From contig JBGTGT010000113.1 of NCBI GenBank assembly GCA_041746575.1, positions 26,017 to 90,016 of the forward strand: 64,000 nt of DNA, written 5' to 3'. Shown here one piece after another: positions 1 to 9,507 of this stretch. The position numbers and the translations under genes are program-made. Source of the stretch: Microcystaceae cyanobacterium (GTDB taxonomy: Bacteria > Cyanobacteriota > Cyanobacteriia > Cyanobacteriales > Microcystaceae). The stretch's first letter is position 1, and each line of letters starts with the position of its first letter. The notes below the pieces were generated by a model. It saw nothing but the letters and a program-made list of their open reading frames with translations, searched no databases and was not told the DNA's origin.

Positions 1-2
1 AA

Positions 3-941
3 CGATTGCGACCTGAAATTAAAATTATTGGTGTTGAGCCTGTTGATGCGGATGCCATGTATCGCTCCCTCAAGGCGGGAAAAAGAGAACGTTTATGCCA
101 AGTTGGGTTATTTGCTGATGGGGTGGCGGTGAAGGAGGTGGGAGAAGAAACCTTTCGTCTTTGTCAGCAATATGTAGATGAAGTGATTTTAGTGGATACT
201 GATGACACTTGTGCGGCGATTAAAGATGTTTTTGAAGATACTCGTTCAATTGTAGAGCCAGCTGGGGCATTAGCGATCGCTGGGGCTAAAGCGTATGTCG
301 AACGAGAAAAAATCACCGATGAAACCTTAATTGCTGTGGCCTGCGGTGCTAATATGAACTTTGACCGACTGCGCTTCGTTGCGGAAAGGGCAGAATTCGG
401 CGAAGGCAGAGAAGCGATCTTTGCCGTAACCATTCCCGAAAAACCGGGCAGTTTACACCAATTTTGTCAATGTATTGGTAAGCGAAATTTAACAGAATTT
501 AACTATCGCATTGCTGATGAGAAAGAAGCTCATATCTTTGTGGGGGTACAAATTGAAAATAAAGCACAAGCCGCAGAAATGGTCGAAAAATTTACACGAA
601 ATGGCTTAAAAACGCTGGATTTAACCGATGATGAATTAACCAAGTTGCACCTTCGCCATATGGTGGGAGGTCGCTCTATCCTTGCGGAAAATGAATTACT
701 GTATCGCTTTGAATTTCCTGAATATCCGGGGGCTTTGATGAAATTTGTCGCTTCTATGAGTCCTAACTGGAATATTAGCCTATTTCATTACCGCAATAAC
801 GGTGCAGATTATGGACGAATTGTGGTAGGCGTACAAGTTCCCCCCAACGAAACCAGCGAATGGCAAGCGTTTTTAGAGACATTGGGCTACCGTTATTGGA
901 ACGAAAGCGATAATCCTGCTTACCGTCTGTTTTTAGCTTAA
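3..941 (+). CDS. ilvA: Threonine ammonia-lyase, biosynthetic (5'-truncated by window edge)
   Basis: GLFADGVAVK, EPAGALAIAG and GANMNFDRLRFVAERA motifs, then two ACT-like C-terminal regulatory repeats (TEFNYR, SLFHYRN). Confidence 0.95.
   Translation, partial: RLRPEIKIIGVEPVDADAMYRSLKAGKRERLCQVGLFADGVAVKEVGEETFRLCQQYVDEVILVDTDDTCAAIKDVFEDTRSIVEPAGALAIAGAKAYVEREKITDETLIAVACGANMNFDRLRFVAERAEFGEGREAIFAVTIPEKPGSLHQFCQCIGKRNLTEFNYRIADEKEAHIFVGVQIENKAQAAEMVEKFTRNGLKTLDLTDDELTKLHLRHMVGGRSILAENELLYRFEFPEYPGALMKFVASMSPNWNISLFHYRNNGADYGRIVVGVQVPPNETSEWQAFLETLGYRYWNESDNPAYRLFLA
273..280. repeat. HIP1 octamer GCGATCGC (first example; dispersed through the window)
   Basis: Also read at about 1882, 2694, 3708, 10139, 11710, 15120, 16620, 18164, 20994, 23074, 25181, 25691, 30289, 35072, 37942, 39013, 39727, 44921, 46641, 61321 and elsewhere; hallmark of many cyanobacterial genomes. 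Confidence 0.9.
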
Positions 942-951
942 TTCTTGTAGT

Positions 952-967
952 TGTAATTAATATTACA
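952..967. promoter_or_regulatory. NtcA-consensus palindrome TGTA-N8-TACA
   Basis: TGTAATTAATATTACA in the spacer between ilvA and the ORF at 1087; overlaps a TAN3T hexamer (TACAGT, 964-969). Confidence 0.4.
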
Positions 968-1086
968 GTAAATTGCAAGTCAGGCACCGGCACACTTCAC
1001 TTCTTTTTTAGACGCTTCGCGAAAATCGGTGACATAGACTTAAGAATCTATTAGGATAGAAGGGATAAAAGCTTGCAGGAAGACTT

Positions 1087-1518
1087 ATGGAGATGACCTC
1101 AGAACAACAAGTTAAACACTACCTTGCCTGTTGGTTTCTCTTAGGCAAAAAAGTGTTATTACCCAGAGAACAAGATGCTATTTGCCCTCGTTGGGTTTTT
1201 AAAGGGGAAAAATATTCCCCCGAATTTGAGCAATGTTGGCAAAGACTTATTGAAGGCAATAATCAGGATTCCTATTTAGAAGGAACAGAACAAACGATTC
1301 GAGACCTTTTATCGACAAAATGGGAAATTGTTGATTGTGCCAAATGCCAAATGCCCGTCCCTATTGTTTCACTAGGATCACAATCCAATGGTTGTCCTTG
1401 TTGCGACTTAGAATTTTGGCCGAATACCGAACTCCCTCAACCGAAACGTCCTGTTAATGATCAAGCGCAAATCAATCGCATTCGGGAAAAACTAAGTCAA
1501 TGGGGTGAGCAAGAATAA
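1087..1518 (+). CDS. Conserved cyanobacterial hypothetical protein with two CxxC pairs
   Basis: 143-aa ORF; YLACWFxLGKK N-terminus; CAKC and CPCC pairs; AGGAAG upstream. Confidence 0.75.
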   Translation: MEMTSEQQVKHYLACWFLLGKKVLLPREQDAICPRWVFKGEKYSPEFEQCWQRLIEGNNQDSYLEGTEQTIRDLLSTKWEIVDCAKCQMPVPIVSLGSQSNGCPCCDLEFWPNTELPQPKRPVNDQAQINRIREKLSQWGEQE

Positions 1519-1577
1519 TCGGTTTTAAATTTTTATTAATCTTTTTCAACTTCAACTGCCCGAAGTGAGTCGTCGAT

Positions 1578-2945
1578 TTAGGTTGCTTCTGACTTTAAGT
1601 GGCTGACTTTTGCGGTAATTGTCCCCATAATATCGTGTCGAATCCACCAATAAGATCCTAAACCCACGGCTAGATTCGCCACTAAAGTCGCCCCGAAAAT
1701 TCCTTGAATTCCCCAGATCCAACTGCCTAGATAAGCTAGGGGAACATATAATAAGACCATTCGCGTAAAATTAATGATCATTGAGGGAAAAGGCTTTCCT
1801 AAGGCATTAAAAGTGGCGGCCGATACAAAAATAATACCCGATGCGCTATAACTAACAGGAACGATTCTGAGATACTGAGAAGCGATCGCAATGACATCGG
1901 CATTCTGATTAAACAAAACTACTACAGAAGGGGCAATCAGGGCTAAAATGAGAGCCACGCTGAGTCCCCACGCCAAAGACCAGCGAAAACTGATATTAAT
2001 AGATTGACGGACTCTCTGATACAGTTTAGCTCCCCAATTCTGTCCAACAAAGGGGCCAATACTGGCTGATAACCCCAGTAACCCTAATAGGGCAAAAGCT
2101 TCTAGACGCGAAGCGACACCAAATCCTGCCACCGCTTCTGCACCATAGCTGGCCATCAGTTGGGTGATAATTGCCGCCGAAAAAGGACTAATCATATTAG
2201 TGGCTGTTGCCGGTAAACCAATTGCCAGAATATTACGCCAACAGGCTAACAGGTTCGGCCACTGAGGACGTTCCCACAGCAGTAAATTTAAGCGAAAATG
2301 CAAAAACCAAATAGAAACAACTAAAGTAATCGCACGGGCAAGAACTGTGGCGATTGCCGCTCCTCTTAATCCCAATCCGTCAAAATTGCCGATTCCAAAA
2401 ATGAATAAGGGATCAAGTACCCCATTGGCAACTGCCGCCACCGTCATGGTTAAGCTCGGAATTAGAGTATTACCAGCCGCTCGAATTGCACTATTCCCTA
2501 CCATCGGCACCACGAGAAACATCATCCCCCAGTACCACGGGGTCATGTATTCGTGAATTAAGGGCAAAATCTGCTCATTTGCTCCTAATCGGCTAAAGAG
2601 GGGGTCAATGGTGCTTAGACCGACTAATGCAAAGATCACGACCACCAGAAGCGATAAACTTAAACTGTGGGTTGTTAACTGTTTGACTTGGTGGCGATCG
2701 CCTTCCCCAATGGCACGAGCAATCACAGAGGATGCCCCAATTCCTAATCCCATGGAGACACTGCCCAAAATCATAACAACGGGAAAGGTAAAACTAATAG
2801 CGGCTAATTCTTGCGTGCCTAACTGACCGACAAAGTAAGTATCGACTAAATTAAAACCAATGACCGCAAAAACGCCCCATACCATCGGCAGGGTTAAGTG
2901 AAGTAATTGGGTATTGACCTTCCCTTGGGTGAGCGAACTTTTCAT
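1578..2945 (-). CDS. MATE family efflux transporter
   Basis: About 12 hydrophobic segments; VDTYFVGQLG, LDPLFIFG and GQNWGA motifs. Confidence 0.92.
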   Translation of the reverse strand: MKSSLTQGKVNTQLLHLTLPMVWGVFAVIGFNLVDTYFVGQLGTQELAAISFTFPVVMILGSVSMGLGIGASSVIARAIGEGDRHQVKQLTTHSLSLSLLVVVIFALVGLSTIDPLFSRLGANEQILPLIHEYMTPWYWGMMFLVVPMVGNSAIRAAGNTLIPSLTMTVAAVANGVLDPLFIFGIGNFDGLGLRGAAIATVLARAITLVVSIWFLHFRLNLLLWERPQWPNLLACWRNILAIGLPATATNMISPFSAAIITQLMASYGAEAVAGFGVASRLEAFALLGLLGLSASIGPFVGQNWGAKLYQRVRQSINISFRWSLAWGLSVALILALIAPSVVVLFNQNADVIAIASQYLRIVPVSYSASGIIFVSAATFNALGKPFPSMIINFTRMVLLYVPLAYLGSWIWGIQGIFGATLVANLAVGLGSYWWIRHDIMGTITAKVSHLKSEAT

Positions 2946-3025
2946 TAAGTTTTTTTACAAAGTATTGACATGCTCGCATTTTAACCCAAGCAGTAATCGG
3001 TTACCACTCATCGGTGGACTGATCG

Positions 3026-4129
3026 TCAATAATCAACAGAGGTTGAATCCATGGGGATATCTTCGTCTCGTGGCTCATTGGAAACGCGGTTATCGTCCCT
3101 GTTGAGTAATAAGTCTAAACGGGGGGGCATCTGGAGATTAAGCTGATTTAAGGCCCATCTTGCCGTTGCTTTGACTTCTTCGTCTTGGTCGTCAATGGCG
3201 TGACACAGGAGTTGACTGACTTGGGACATCATATCGTAAAGACGCGTAAGATCCCGAATGGCATTTTTGCGGACTTGAGGATTTTTATCTTGTAAGGAAA
3301 GGGCTAAAGCCTGATTCATGGGTTTAATGGTGCGGGCACTAATCTGCGAGAGGGCTTCTAAGATCAAATTACGCTCAAACGAGTCGCTATCAATCATTAA
3401 CTCGACTAAGGGTTTCATTGCCCGGGAATCTGCTTTTTGGGCTAGTTTCCAAATGGCTTTGCGCCGTCTTTTGGGATCGGGATTTTGTAATTCTCGAAGC
3501 AATTCTTCGACGAATTCTGGGGTGGGAATACGGGTCGTTTTTTGGAGGGGAAAGGCGGACTCCCCCATCTGAGATTCTTCGTCCCTGTCCTCAGGGGAAA
3601 AACGGGTTTCTTGGGAAGGAAGGGGCAAATGATGCTCAATAACCTCTTCTTTTTGGAATTCAGGCGGTTTTGCCTTCGGCTTACGATTCAGAAAATAGAG
3701 GACGGCAGCGATCGCACCAATGAAACCTACTCCACTTAAAATTATCCATCGTGGATCTTGTAAAAAAATAGGCCACGAATTTCTGGGTGAGCTTAAACGT
3801 AGCACTTCGACATTCTGAATCGCTTGTTTAGCGTATATATTATCGGGTTTGACTTGTAGGGCTTTCTTAAAACTTTCTAGGGCTTTATCATAATTTCCGG
3901 CATCTGTTGCGGTATAACCTTCCTTCATGTATGTGTCATAACCTTTTGGATTAAGGATTTCAAGCGGATCAACTTCAGTAGGAGCAGGAGCAGAATCTTG
4001 AGCAAAGTATTGACTTGCTTTTACTTCATTTACCCTATTTTCAGCTTTAGATGACTGAATTTGTTCAAACATCACACTCCAACCGGCAAAAGCGGTCGCC
4101 ACGAACATCAATAAACGGTAGTGAATCAT
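3026..4129 (-). CDS. Membrane protein with N-terminal TPR and C-terminal HEAT repeats
   Basis: Signal-like N-terminus; TPR (GNYDKALESFKKALQVKPDN); TM helix; HEAT-like repeats (RRKAIWKL, VRKNAIRDL, VKATARWAL). Confidence 0.75.
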   Translation of the reverse strand: MIHYRLLMFVATAFAGWSVMFEQIQSSKAENRVNEVKASQYFAQDSAPAPTEVDPLEILNPKGYDTYMKEGYTATDAGNYDKALESFKKALQVKPDNIYAKQAIQNVEVLRLSSPRNSWPIFLQDPRWIILSGVGFIGAIAAVLYFLNRKPKAKPPEFQKEEVIEHHLPLPSQETRFSPEDRDEESQMGESAFPLQKTTRIPTPEFVEELLRELQNPDPKRRRKAIWKLAQKADSRAMKPLVELMIDSDSFERNLILEALSQISARTIKPMNQALALSLQDKNPQVRKNAIRDLTRLYDMMSQVSQLLCHAIDDQDEEVKATARWALNQLNLQMPPRLDLLLNRDDNRVSNEPRDEDIPMDSTSVDY

Positions 4130-4368
4130 AAGGATTTAATTATATAAAAGCGGCAGATAGAGGGAGGTGAGAAAAGTAAGGCTTTGTGACTATTTTATGA
4201 GATGAATTTTATTATGTCCCTATTGGTCAATAAGACCTTGGTTAGTTGGCTTTTGAGTAAGCTCTACCGTCCATTTTTTAGCATATTGTGAGTTAGAATA
4301 CAAGAAATTTGATTAATACGATGTTTAATTAAGCAATATTGTTTTAAATTTCTCGCTAAAACCTTCTT

Positions 4369-6033
4369 TTAATTAATCGGACTGGTGTCCCAATGTTCTC
4401 CCTTAATTAGCGTGTGAACTTGCCATTGAGCGTCGGTTTTAGGGTAATCTAAACGATAATGACCTCCTCGACTTTCTTGGCGAAATAGCGAGCTTTTTAG
4501 GATCAAATCAGCAATATCGAGCAAATTCATCGTTTCAGTCCCTAAGCGAACCGATAATTCTTCTTGGGGTGATAATAACACAACGGTCTCCCTCGAATGA
4601 CTGAGCATCTGACGGAGAAAAGTATGTTGAAAAGATTGGTGCCATTGGGATACTTGGGTGATCGCTGTTTCTAATCCGATTTGGTTACGGCATATTCCGG
4701 CTTTTTGCCAAATTAACTGGGGTAAATCTGCTCTTATCTGTTCAAATTGTTGAACATCAGCTTCAGAAAACTTGAAAGTTCCTCTTTTTAGGGTTTCTAC
4801 TTCAGCTTTATTTTCTAAGGTTAGGGGTAAATAAGCCAATTGCGCCGCAAAGACGATACATTCTAATAAAGAATTACTCGCGAGACGATTCGCCCCGTGA
4901 ACTCCTGTACTAGCCGTTTCACCGATGGCATATAATCCGGCAAGGGAGGTTTGGTTCATTTGATCGGTCATCACGCCCCCCATCCAATAATGAGCCGCCG
5001 GCGCAACGGGAATCGGTTGCTGCAGAATATCAATGCCCCACCGTTGACAAACCCGAATAATATTGGGAAAGCGGCGACGGATGGTATCGGGAGCAATGGG
5101 GCTTAAATCTAGATAAACTTGATGGGAATCCGTTTTTTGCAGGTGGTCAAAAATGGCACGACTAACTATATCTCTAGGGGCTAATTCCCCTGATGGATGG
5201 TAATCAAAGGCAAAGCGGTAGCCAGTGTGATCAATAAGGTGTGCGCCCTCTCCTCGTACTGCCTCACTGATTAAAAAACAGGGTGCGCCTTCTTTCGTTA
5301 AAGCGGTGGGATGAAACTGCACAAATTCCACATCTCGAATTTTCGCCCCTGCACGCCATGCTAAAGCCACCCCGTCCCCTGTACTTACCTTGGGGTTGGT
5401 GGTTTGGGCAAAAACTTGGCCACCCCCCCCTGTGGCTAAAATAACCGCCCTCGCTTGCACCCACCGAATTTGACGCTGATAGAGGACTTGAACCCCTTGA
5501 CAGGTGGAATTGTGCCGATTAAGCCAGAGATTTAACACAAAAGCTTGGGGAAAAATCTGAATATTTCTTCTTTCCAGCACTTTTGCGGTTAGGGTGCTAA
5601 TAATCGCTTTGCCTGTTGTATCAGCCGCGTGTAGCACTCTCGGACGGGAATGGGCGGCTTCTAAGGTCATGGCTAAATGATCGTCTTTGCGATCAAAGGC
5701 TACGCCGAACTCGACGAGGGAGGTAATGGCATGGGGGGCATTTTCGACTAAAAATTTTACGGCTTGGGGATCACAAAGACCTGCCCCTGCATTGAGGGTA
5801 TCTTGAAAGTGCATCAATGGGGAATCGTGAGGATCTACGGCTGCGGCAATCCCACCCTGCGCCCAATCACTCGCCCCGGTTTTTAGGGTATCCTTAGTCA
5901 TTAAGGCGACTTGGTAATGAGAAGGTAAGCATAACGCTGCATACAGTCCAGCCGCTCCTGAACCAACGATAATGACGTCAAATCGGCAGGAAAGGGGTTG
6001 TTCGGGGTTCGAAGATGAATCTGAAGAAGTCAA
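4369..6033 (-). CDS. nadB: L-aspartate oxidase
   Basis: GSGAAGL FAD motif; WAQGGIAA, FVQFHPT, LAPRDIVSRAI, HGANRLASNSLLE, ESRGGHYR. Confidence 0.95.
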   Translation of the reverse strand: MTSSDSSSNPEQPLSCRFDVIIVGSGAAGLYAALCLPSHYQVALMTKDTLKTGASDWAQGGIAAAVDPHDSPLMHFQDTLNAGAGLCDPQAVKFLVENAPHAITSLVEFGVAFDRKDDHLAMTLEAAHSRPRVLHAADTTGKAIISTLTAKVLERRNIQIFPQAFVLNLWLNRHNSTCQGVQVLYQRQIRWVQARAVILATGGGGQVFAQTTNPKVSTGDGVALAWRAGAKIRDVEFVQFHPTALTKEGAPCFLISEAVRGEGAHLIDHTGYRFAFDYHPSGELAPRDIVSRAIFDHLQKTDSHQVYLDLSPIAPDTIRRRFPNIIRVCQRWGIDILQQPIPVAPAAHYWMGGVMTDQMNQTSLAGLYAIGETASTGVHGANRLASNSLLECIVFAAQLAYLPLTLENKAEVETLKRGTFKFSEADVQQFEQIRADLPQLIWQKAGICRNQIGLETAITQVSQWHQSFQHTFLRQMLSHSRETVVLLSPQEELSVRLGTETMNLLDIADLILKSSLFRQESRGGHYRLDYPKTDAQWQVHTLIKGEHWDTSPIN

Positions 6034-6096
6034 CAGGGGGGTTAGGTCTTTTTGTCTTAAATTTATTAATCATAGTATAAAAGATCAAAACTGATC

Positions 6097-6315
6097 ATGA
6101 AAATTCAAGTGAAGGTCAAACCCAACGCTAAACAGCAGAAAATCGAAGAAACCGAAAAAGGGGGATTGATTGTTTCTTTAAAGTCTTCGCCTGTTGAGGG
6201 GAAAGCGAATCAAGAATTAATCCAATTATTGGCCAAAAAATATCATGTTCCTCGCTCTTCGATTACGATTAAATCCGGTGTATCTTCTCGGCTGAAGTTA
6301 ATTGAAATTGAGTAG
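6097..6315 (+). CDS. DUF167/YggU family protein
   Basis: [19 protein letters not shown] and SGVSSRLK motifs. Confidence 0.88.
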   Translation: MKIQVKVKPNAKQQKIEETEKGGLIVSLKSSPVEGKANQELIQLLAKKYHVPRSSITIKSGVSSRLKLIEIE

Positions 6316-6430
6316 ATTATTCCCGTTCGTCTGGGGGGCGATTTAAGAACACTCTCTTTATAAAAAAAGACAAAAGCAAAGAGCATAAGTATCTCCTCCC
6401 TTTTGTCCCTTAGATAATCAAATGACAAGG

Positions 6431-7237
6431 CTATTTTTTGCCTTTTTTACCTTTTCCTTTCGTTCCTCTAGGGGGTGCTTTAGCCTCAGGTTTCGTTTCC
6501 GGTTCGGGATCAGCCTTAACTTCAGGTTCAGGTTTCGTTTCCGGTTCAGCCTCAACTTCGACTTTGGGAATTTCTGTTACTTTTTGACCCGTTTGAGCGG
6601 CGACTTCATCAGCAAAGTTAGTGACTTCTTTTTCGATGCCTTCTCCGAGAACAAAACGGACAAAGCGACGAACTTGAATATTTTCGCCAAGGGTGGACAC
6701 GGCTTTTTTCAGTAACTCATCGACGGAAATGCCTTGATCTCGAATAAAGGGTTGATCCATAAGAGATAAGTCCTTTAATCCCTTGTCAATTCGACCCTGA
6801 ACGATTTTTTCTCGAATATTTTCTGGTTTATTCGCTAAATCGTCCCGGCCCATTTCAATTTCTTTCTCTTTGGCGATGACTTCGGCAGGAATATCCTCGA
6901 CTTTAACGTATTCCACATTCGGACAGGCGGCAATTTGCATGGCTACATTCCGAACGAGTTCTTTAAACTCATCACGACGCGCCACAAAATCAGTTTCACA
7001 GTTAACTTCCACCAGAACGCCAATTCGCCCTCCGGTGTGAATATAACTATCAACCAACCCTTCGGCGGCTACGCGACCTGCTTTTTTCTCGGCGGAGGTA
7101 ATGCCTTTTTGACGAAGCCACTCAATGGCTTTCTCGGTATCTCCATTACTTTCGGTCAGTGCCTTTTTGCAATCCATCATGCCGGCACCGGTTTTGTCAC
7201 GGAGGTCTTTAACTTGTTTTGCTGATATCTCTGCCAT
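6431..7237 (-). CDS. tsf: Elongation factor Ts with Pro/Glu/Lys-rich C-terminal extension
   Basis: [16 protein letters not shown] and [11 protein letters not shown]; directly downstream of rpsB. Confidence 0.97.
   Translation of the reverse strand: MAEISAKQVKDLRDKTGAGMMDCKKALTESNGDTEKAIEWLRQKGITSAEKKAGRVAAEGLVDSYIHTGGRIGVLVEVNCETDFVARRDEFKELVRNVAMQIAACPNVEYVKVEDIPAEVIAKEKEIEMGRDDLANKPENIREKIVQGRIDKGLKDLSLMDQPFIRDQGISVDELLKKAVSTLGENIQVRRFVRFVLGEGIEKEVTNFADEVAAQTGQKVTEIPKVEVEAEPETKPEPEVKADPEPETKPEAKAPPRGTKGKGKKGKK
6486..6547. repeat. 20-bp direct repeat in the tsf tail (encodes EPETKPE twice)
   Basis: tcaggtttcgtttccggttc at 6486-6505 and 6528-6547. Confidence 0.9.
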
Positions 7238-7291
7238 GTTGACTTCTGGTTTCTACTCTAATGTTTATCTTAGTCCAAATGGGATAACGCG

Positions 7292-8152
7292 CTAGTTTTC
7301 ATTCGTTTCGTCATCGTCATCCTCATCGTCGTTGTCGCTATCGTCTGCTTCGTCGTTGAAGTCTTCTACGGCGTCGACGTCGTCTTCGTAATCGTCTTCG
7401 TAGTCATCTCCTTCGTCATCCCCAGCGAGACTTTCTTCAAATTCCTCATAGTCTTCATCACTCTCGAGTTGACCATGGCGACCTTCATAAATGGCATCTG
7501 CTAGTTTACCGACAATGAGCTTGACAGAACGAATGGCATCATCGTTAGCTGGAATCGGAATATCGGCATAATCAGGGTCACAATTGGTGTCTAATAGGGA
7601 AATAATCGGAATTCCTAATTTTTGACATTCCTGAATAGCATTGTACTCCCGTCGTTGGTCAACGATAATCACGATATCGGGAATCCGACGCATGGTTTTG
7701 ATGCCACCCAAGTATTTTTGCAGTTTAGCCATTTCTCGGCGCAAAACCGCTCCTTCTTTCTTGGGACGTCGGTTAATATTGCCGCTTTCTTCAAGGGATT
7801 CCAATTCTTTGAGTCTTTCGACGCGATTTTTGATGGTTTCCCAATTCGTTAGCATTCCCCCTAACCAACGCTGGTTGACGAAATATGCCCCGCAACGAGC
7901 GGCTTCCTGTTTAATAATTCCGGCGGCTTGACGTTTTGTCCCCACAAACAGGAATCGTTTGCCTTTTTCTGCGGACTTGCGCACAAAATCATACGCATCT
8001 TCCAGTAAGGATGCGGTTTGGACGAGGTCGATAATATGAACCCCGTTTCGGGCAGTGTAAATGTAGGGATCCATTTTGGGATTCCAGCGACGGGTTTGGT
8101 GGCCAAAATGGACCCCAGACTCTAGCAACTCTGCAAGGGTAACGACGGACAT
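7292..8152 (-). CDS. rpsB: 30S ribosomal protein S2 with long acidic tail
   Basis: [39 protein letters not shown]. Confidence 0.98.
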   Translation of the reverse strand: MSVVTLAELLESGVHFGHQTRRWNPKMDPYIYTARNGVHIIDLVQTASLLEDAYDFVRKSAEKGKRFLFVGTKRQAAGIIKQEAARCGAYFVNQRWLGGMLTNWETIKNRVERLKELESLEESGNINRRPKKEGAVLRREMAKLQKYLGGIKTMRRIPDIVIIVDQRREYNAIQECQKLGIPIISLLDTNCDPDYADIPIPANDDAIRSVKLIVGKLADAIYEGRHGQLESDEDYEEFEESLAGDDEGDDYEDDYEDDVDAVEDFNDEADDSDNDDEDDDDETNEN

Positions 8153-8170
8153 TTGTAATTTTCTCCTTTA

Positions 8171-8231
8171 TTCGGGTTTTTCCTCCATTCAGGGGATTTC
8201 AGCAGTGAAACACCCGAAAGCCTGAATGTGC
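8171..8231 (-). promoter_or_regulatory. rpsB (S2/t44-like) autoregulatory leader RNA
   Basis: Minus strand: stem CATTCAGG/CCTGAATG, inner stem TTTCA/TGAAA, and internal TTCGGGT complementary to downstream ACCCGAA next to the AAGGAG SD. Confidence 0.7.
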
Positions 8232-8251
8232 GAAATTTAGACAACTCTCCT

Positions 8252-8260
8252 AGCATAGCA
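8252..8260 (-). promoter_or_regulatory. Extended -10 promoter element for rpsB-tsf
   Basis: TGCTATGCT (TGnTAnnnT) about 20 nt upstream of the leader stem. Confidence 0.55.
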
Positions 8261-8395
8261 CAAAGTCGGCCTTGCTTACCGTTTCTTGTGCCGTTTTTTG
8301 TGAATTCATAGGGATGGACAAGCGAATGTCATTTTTAAAATTGCGGCTCTCAAAAAAAATTGAATCGATTGTCATCAATAATAATGGGAGGCAAC

Positions 8396-9448
8396 TTAAC
8401 GAATATGCAAAGCGGGAAAATCGGTAAGAGCCAGCGAAGATTTAACAAGGTGCATTCCTGCATCGGCAAACCGTTGAAAGGCGGCATCTGCTTGAGGGGT
8501 AAAATCAACGATATTGGGGACAACCACGGGAGAAGTACAGTCTTCTAAGAGATAAACTTTTTGGGCTAAATTGGCATCTTGTACTAGAATTTCTCTGAGT
8601 AAATCATCAATCGTCCAGGCGACACAATGACTCTTAGCTTGTCCTGCCACAATGATGGCATCAAAATCTAGTAATCTTTGGATAAAACGGGTATTTTTCT
8701 GAGCAATAGAACGACCTTGATTATCTTCTAGTACTTCAGGACGTAACGCAGAATAGTTTTCAGTTAATGGGTTTCCTCCTTTTATGGCAAAATGAGTTTG
8801 ACTATAACGGGTAAGATTGTGGAAAAATAAGGCTTCTTCAATAGATGACACTAAACTATGACCGATTCCGCCTAATAGGCCATGATAAGGCCAAATTGTT
8901 AAAGGATACTTTCCTTCATCATGGAGTTTTCTAACATAATGAATAGCATATTGTTGCAACTCATCCTCCTTTTTGTTGGCGACATTATGAGCAATAGCAG
9001 GATTGACTTTCCATCTTCCTTCTTGAATATCTTCAACGTTAATTATGCTATGGGGTTGAGGGTGTTCTCCTAAATCATTTATCCAAAAAATAGAATGGAA
9101 AATTTGCATGACCGTATGGGTATCCATGGTTGGCGTAATTTCTGTAATTGCATTTAAATTACGATAAATAAACTCACACAAGCGAATGTTATCATCGATC
9201 GCTCCTCGTCCAGATTGTCCCCTCACAAATAGTTCAAAATCAGGAAGGCAAAAGGTATTTTGGACATCAATGATGACTAAGCAAATACGAGTTTTATCTT
9301 GTGCCGCAGGTTTAATTTGATATTGTTTTGCCCAATTTTGAGCATCTAATGCTCTAGCTTGATAAGAAACACGCCAAATTATTTCAACTTTTTTAAAATC
9401 AAAAAAAGTGGGAACTGGCAAGTTTTTAAGGGTCACAGACATGATCAA
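8396..9448 (-). CDS. Isochorismatase/nicotinamidase-like cysteine hydrolase
   Basis: IIDVQNTFC, DTH, WPYHG, KG..ENYSA and catalytic-type GQAKSHCV. Confidence 0.85.
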   Translation of the reverse strand: MIMSVTLKNLPVPTFFDFKKVEIIWRVSYQARALDAQNWAKQYQIKPAAQDKTRICLVIIDVQNTFCLPDFELFVRGQSGRGAIDDNIRLCEFIYRNLNAITEITPTMDTHTVMQIFHSIFWINDLGEHPQPHSIINVEDIQEGRWKVNPAIAHNVANKKEDELQQYAIHYVRKLHDEGKYPLTIWPYHGLLGGIGHSLVSSIEEALFFHNLTRYSQTHFAIKGGNPLTENYSALRPEVLEDNQGRSIAQKNTRFIQRLLDFDAIIVAGQAKSHCVAWTIDDLLREILVQDANLAQKVYLLEDCTSPVVVPNIVDFTPQADAAFQRFADAGMHLVKSSLALTDFPALHIR

Positions 9449-9507
9449 AATTCTCTGAGGAAATAAATATAAAATAGGAAATACGCTTTGAATTCAAACC
9501 CTTTATT

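Noticed and set aside
6422..6715. Arg/Phe-rich 97-aa ORF
   Set aside because: Antisense reading of the repetitive tsf tail
4369..9448. NAD-metabolism cluster (nadB plus nicotinamidase-like gene)
   Set aside because: Separated by rpsB-tsf, and the hydrolase substrate is unproven
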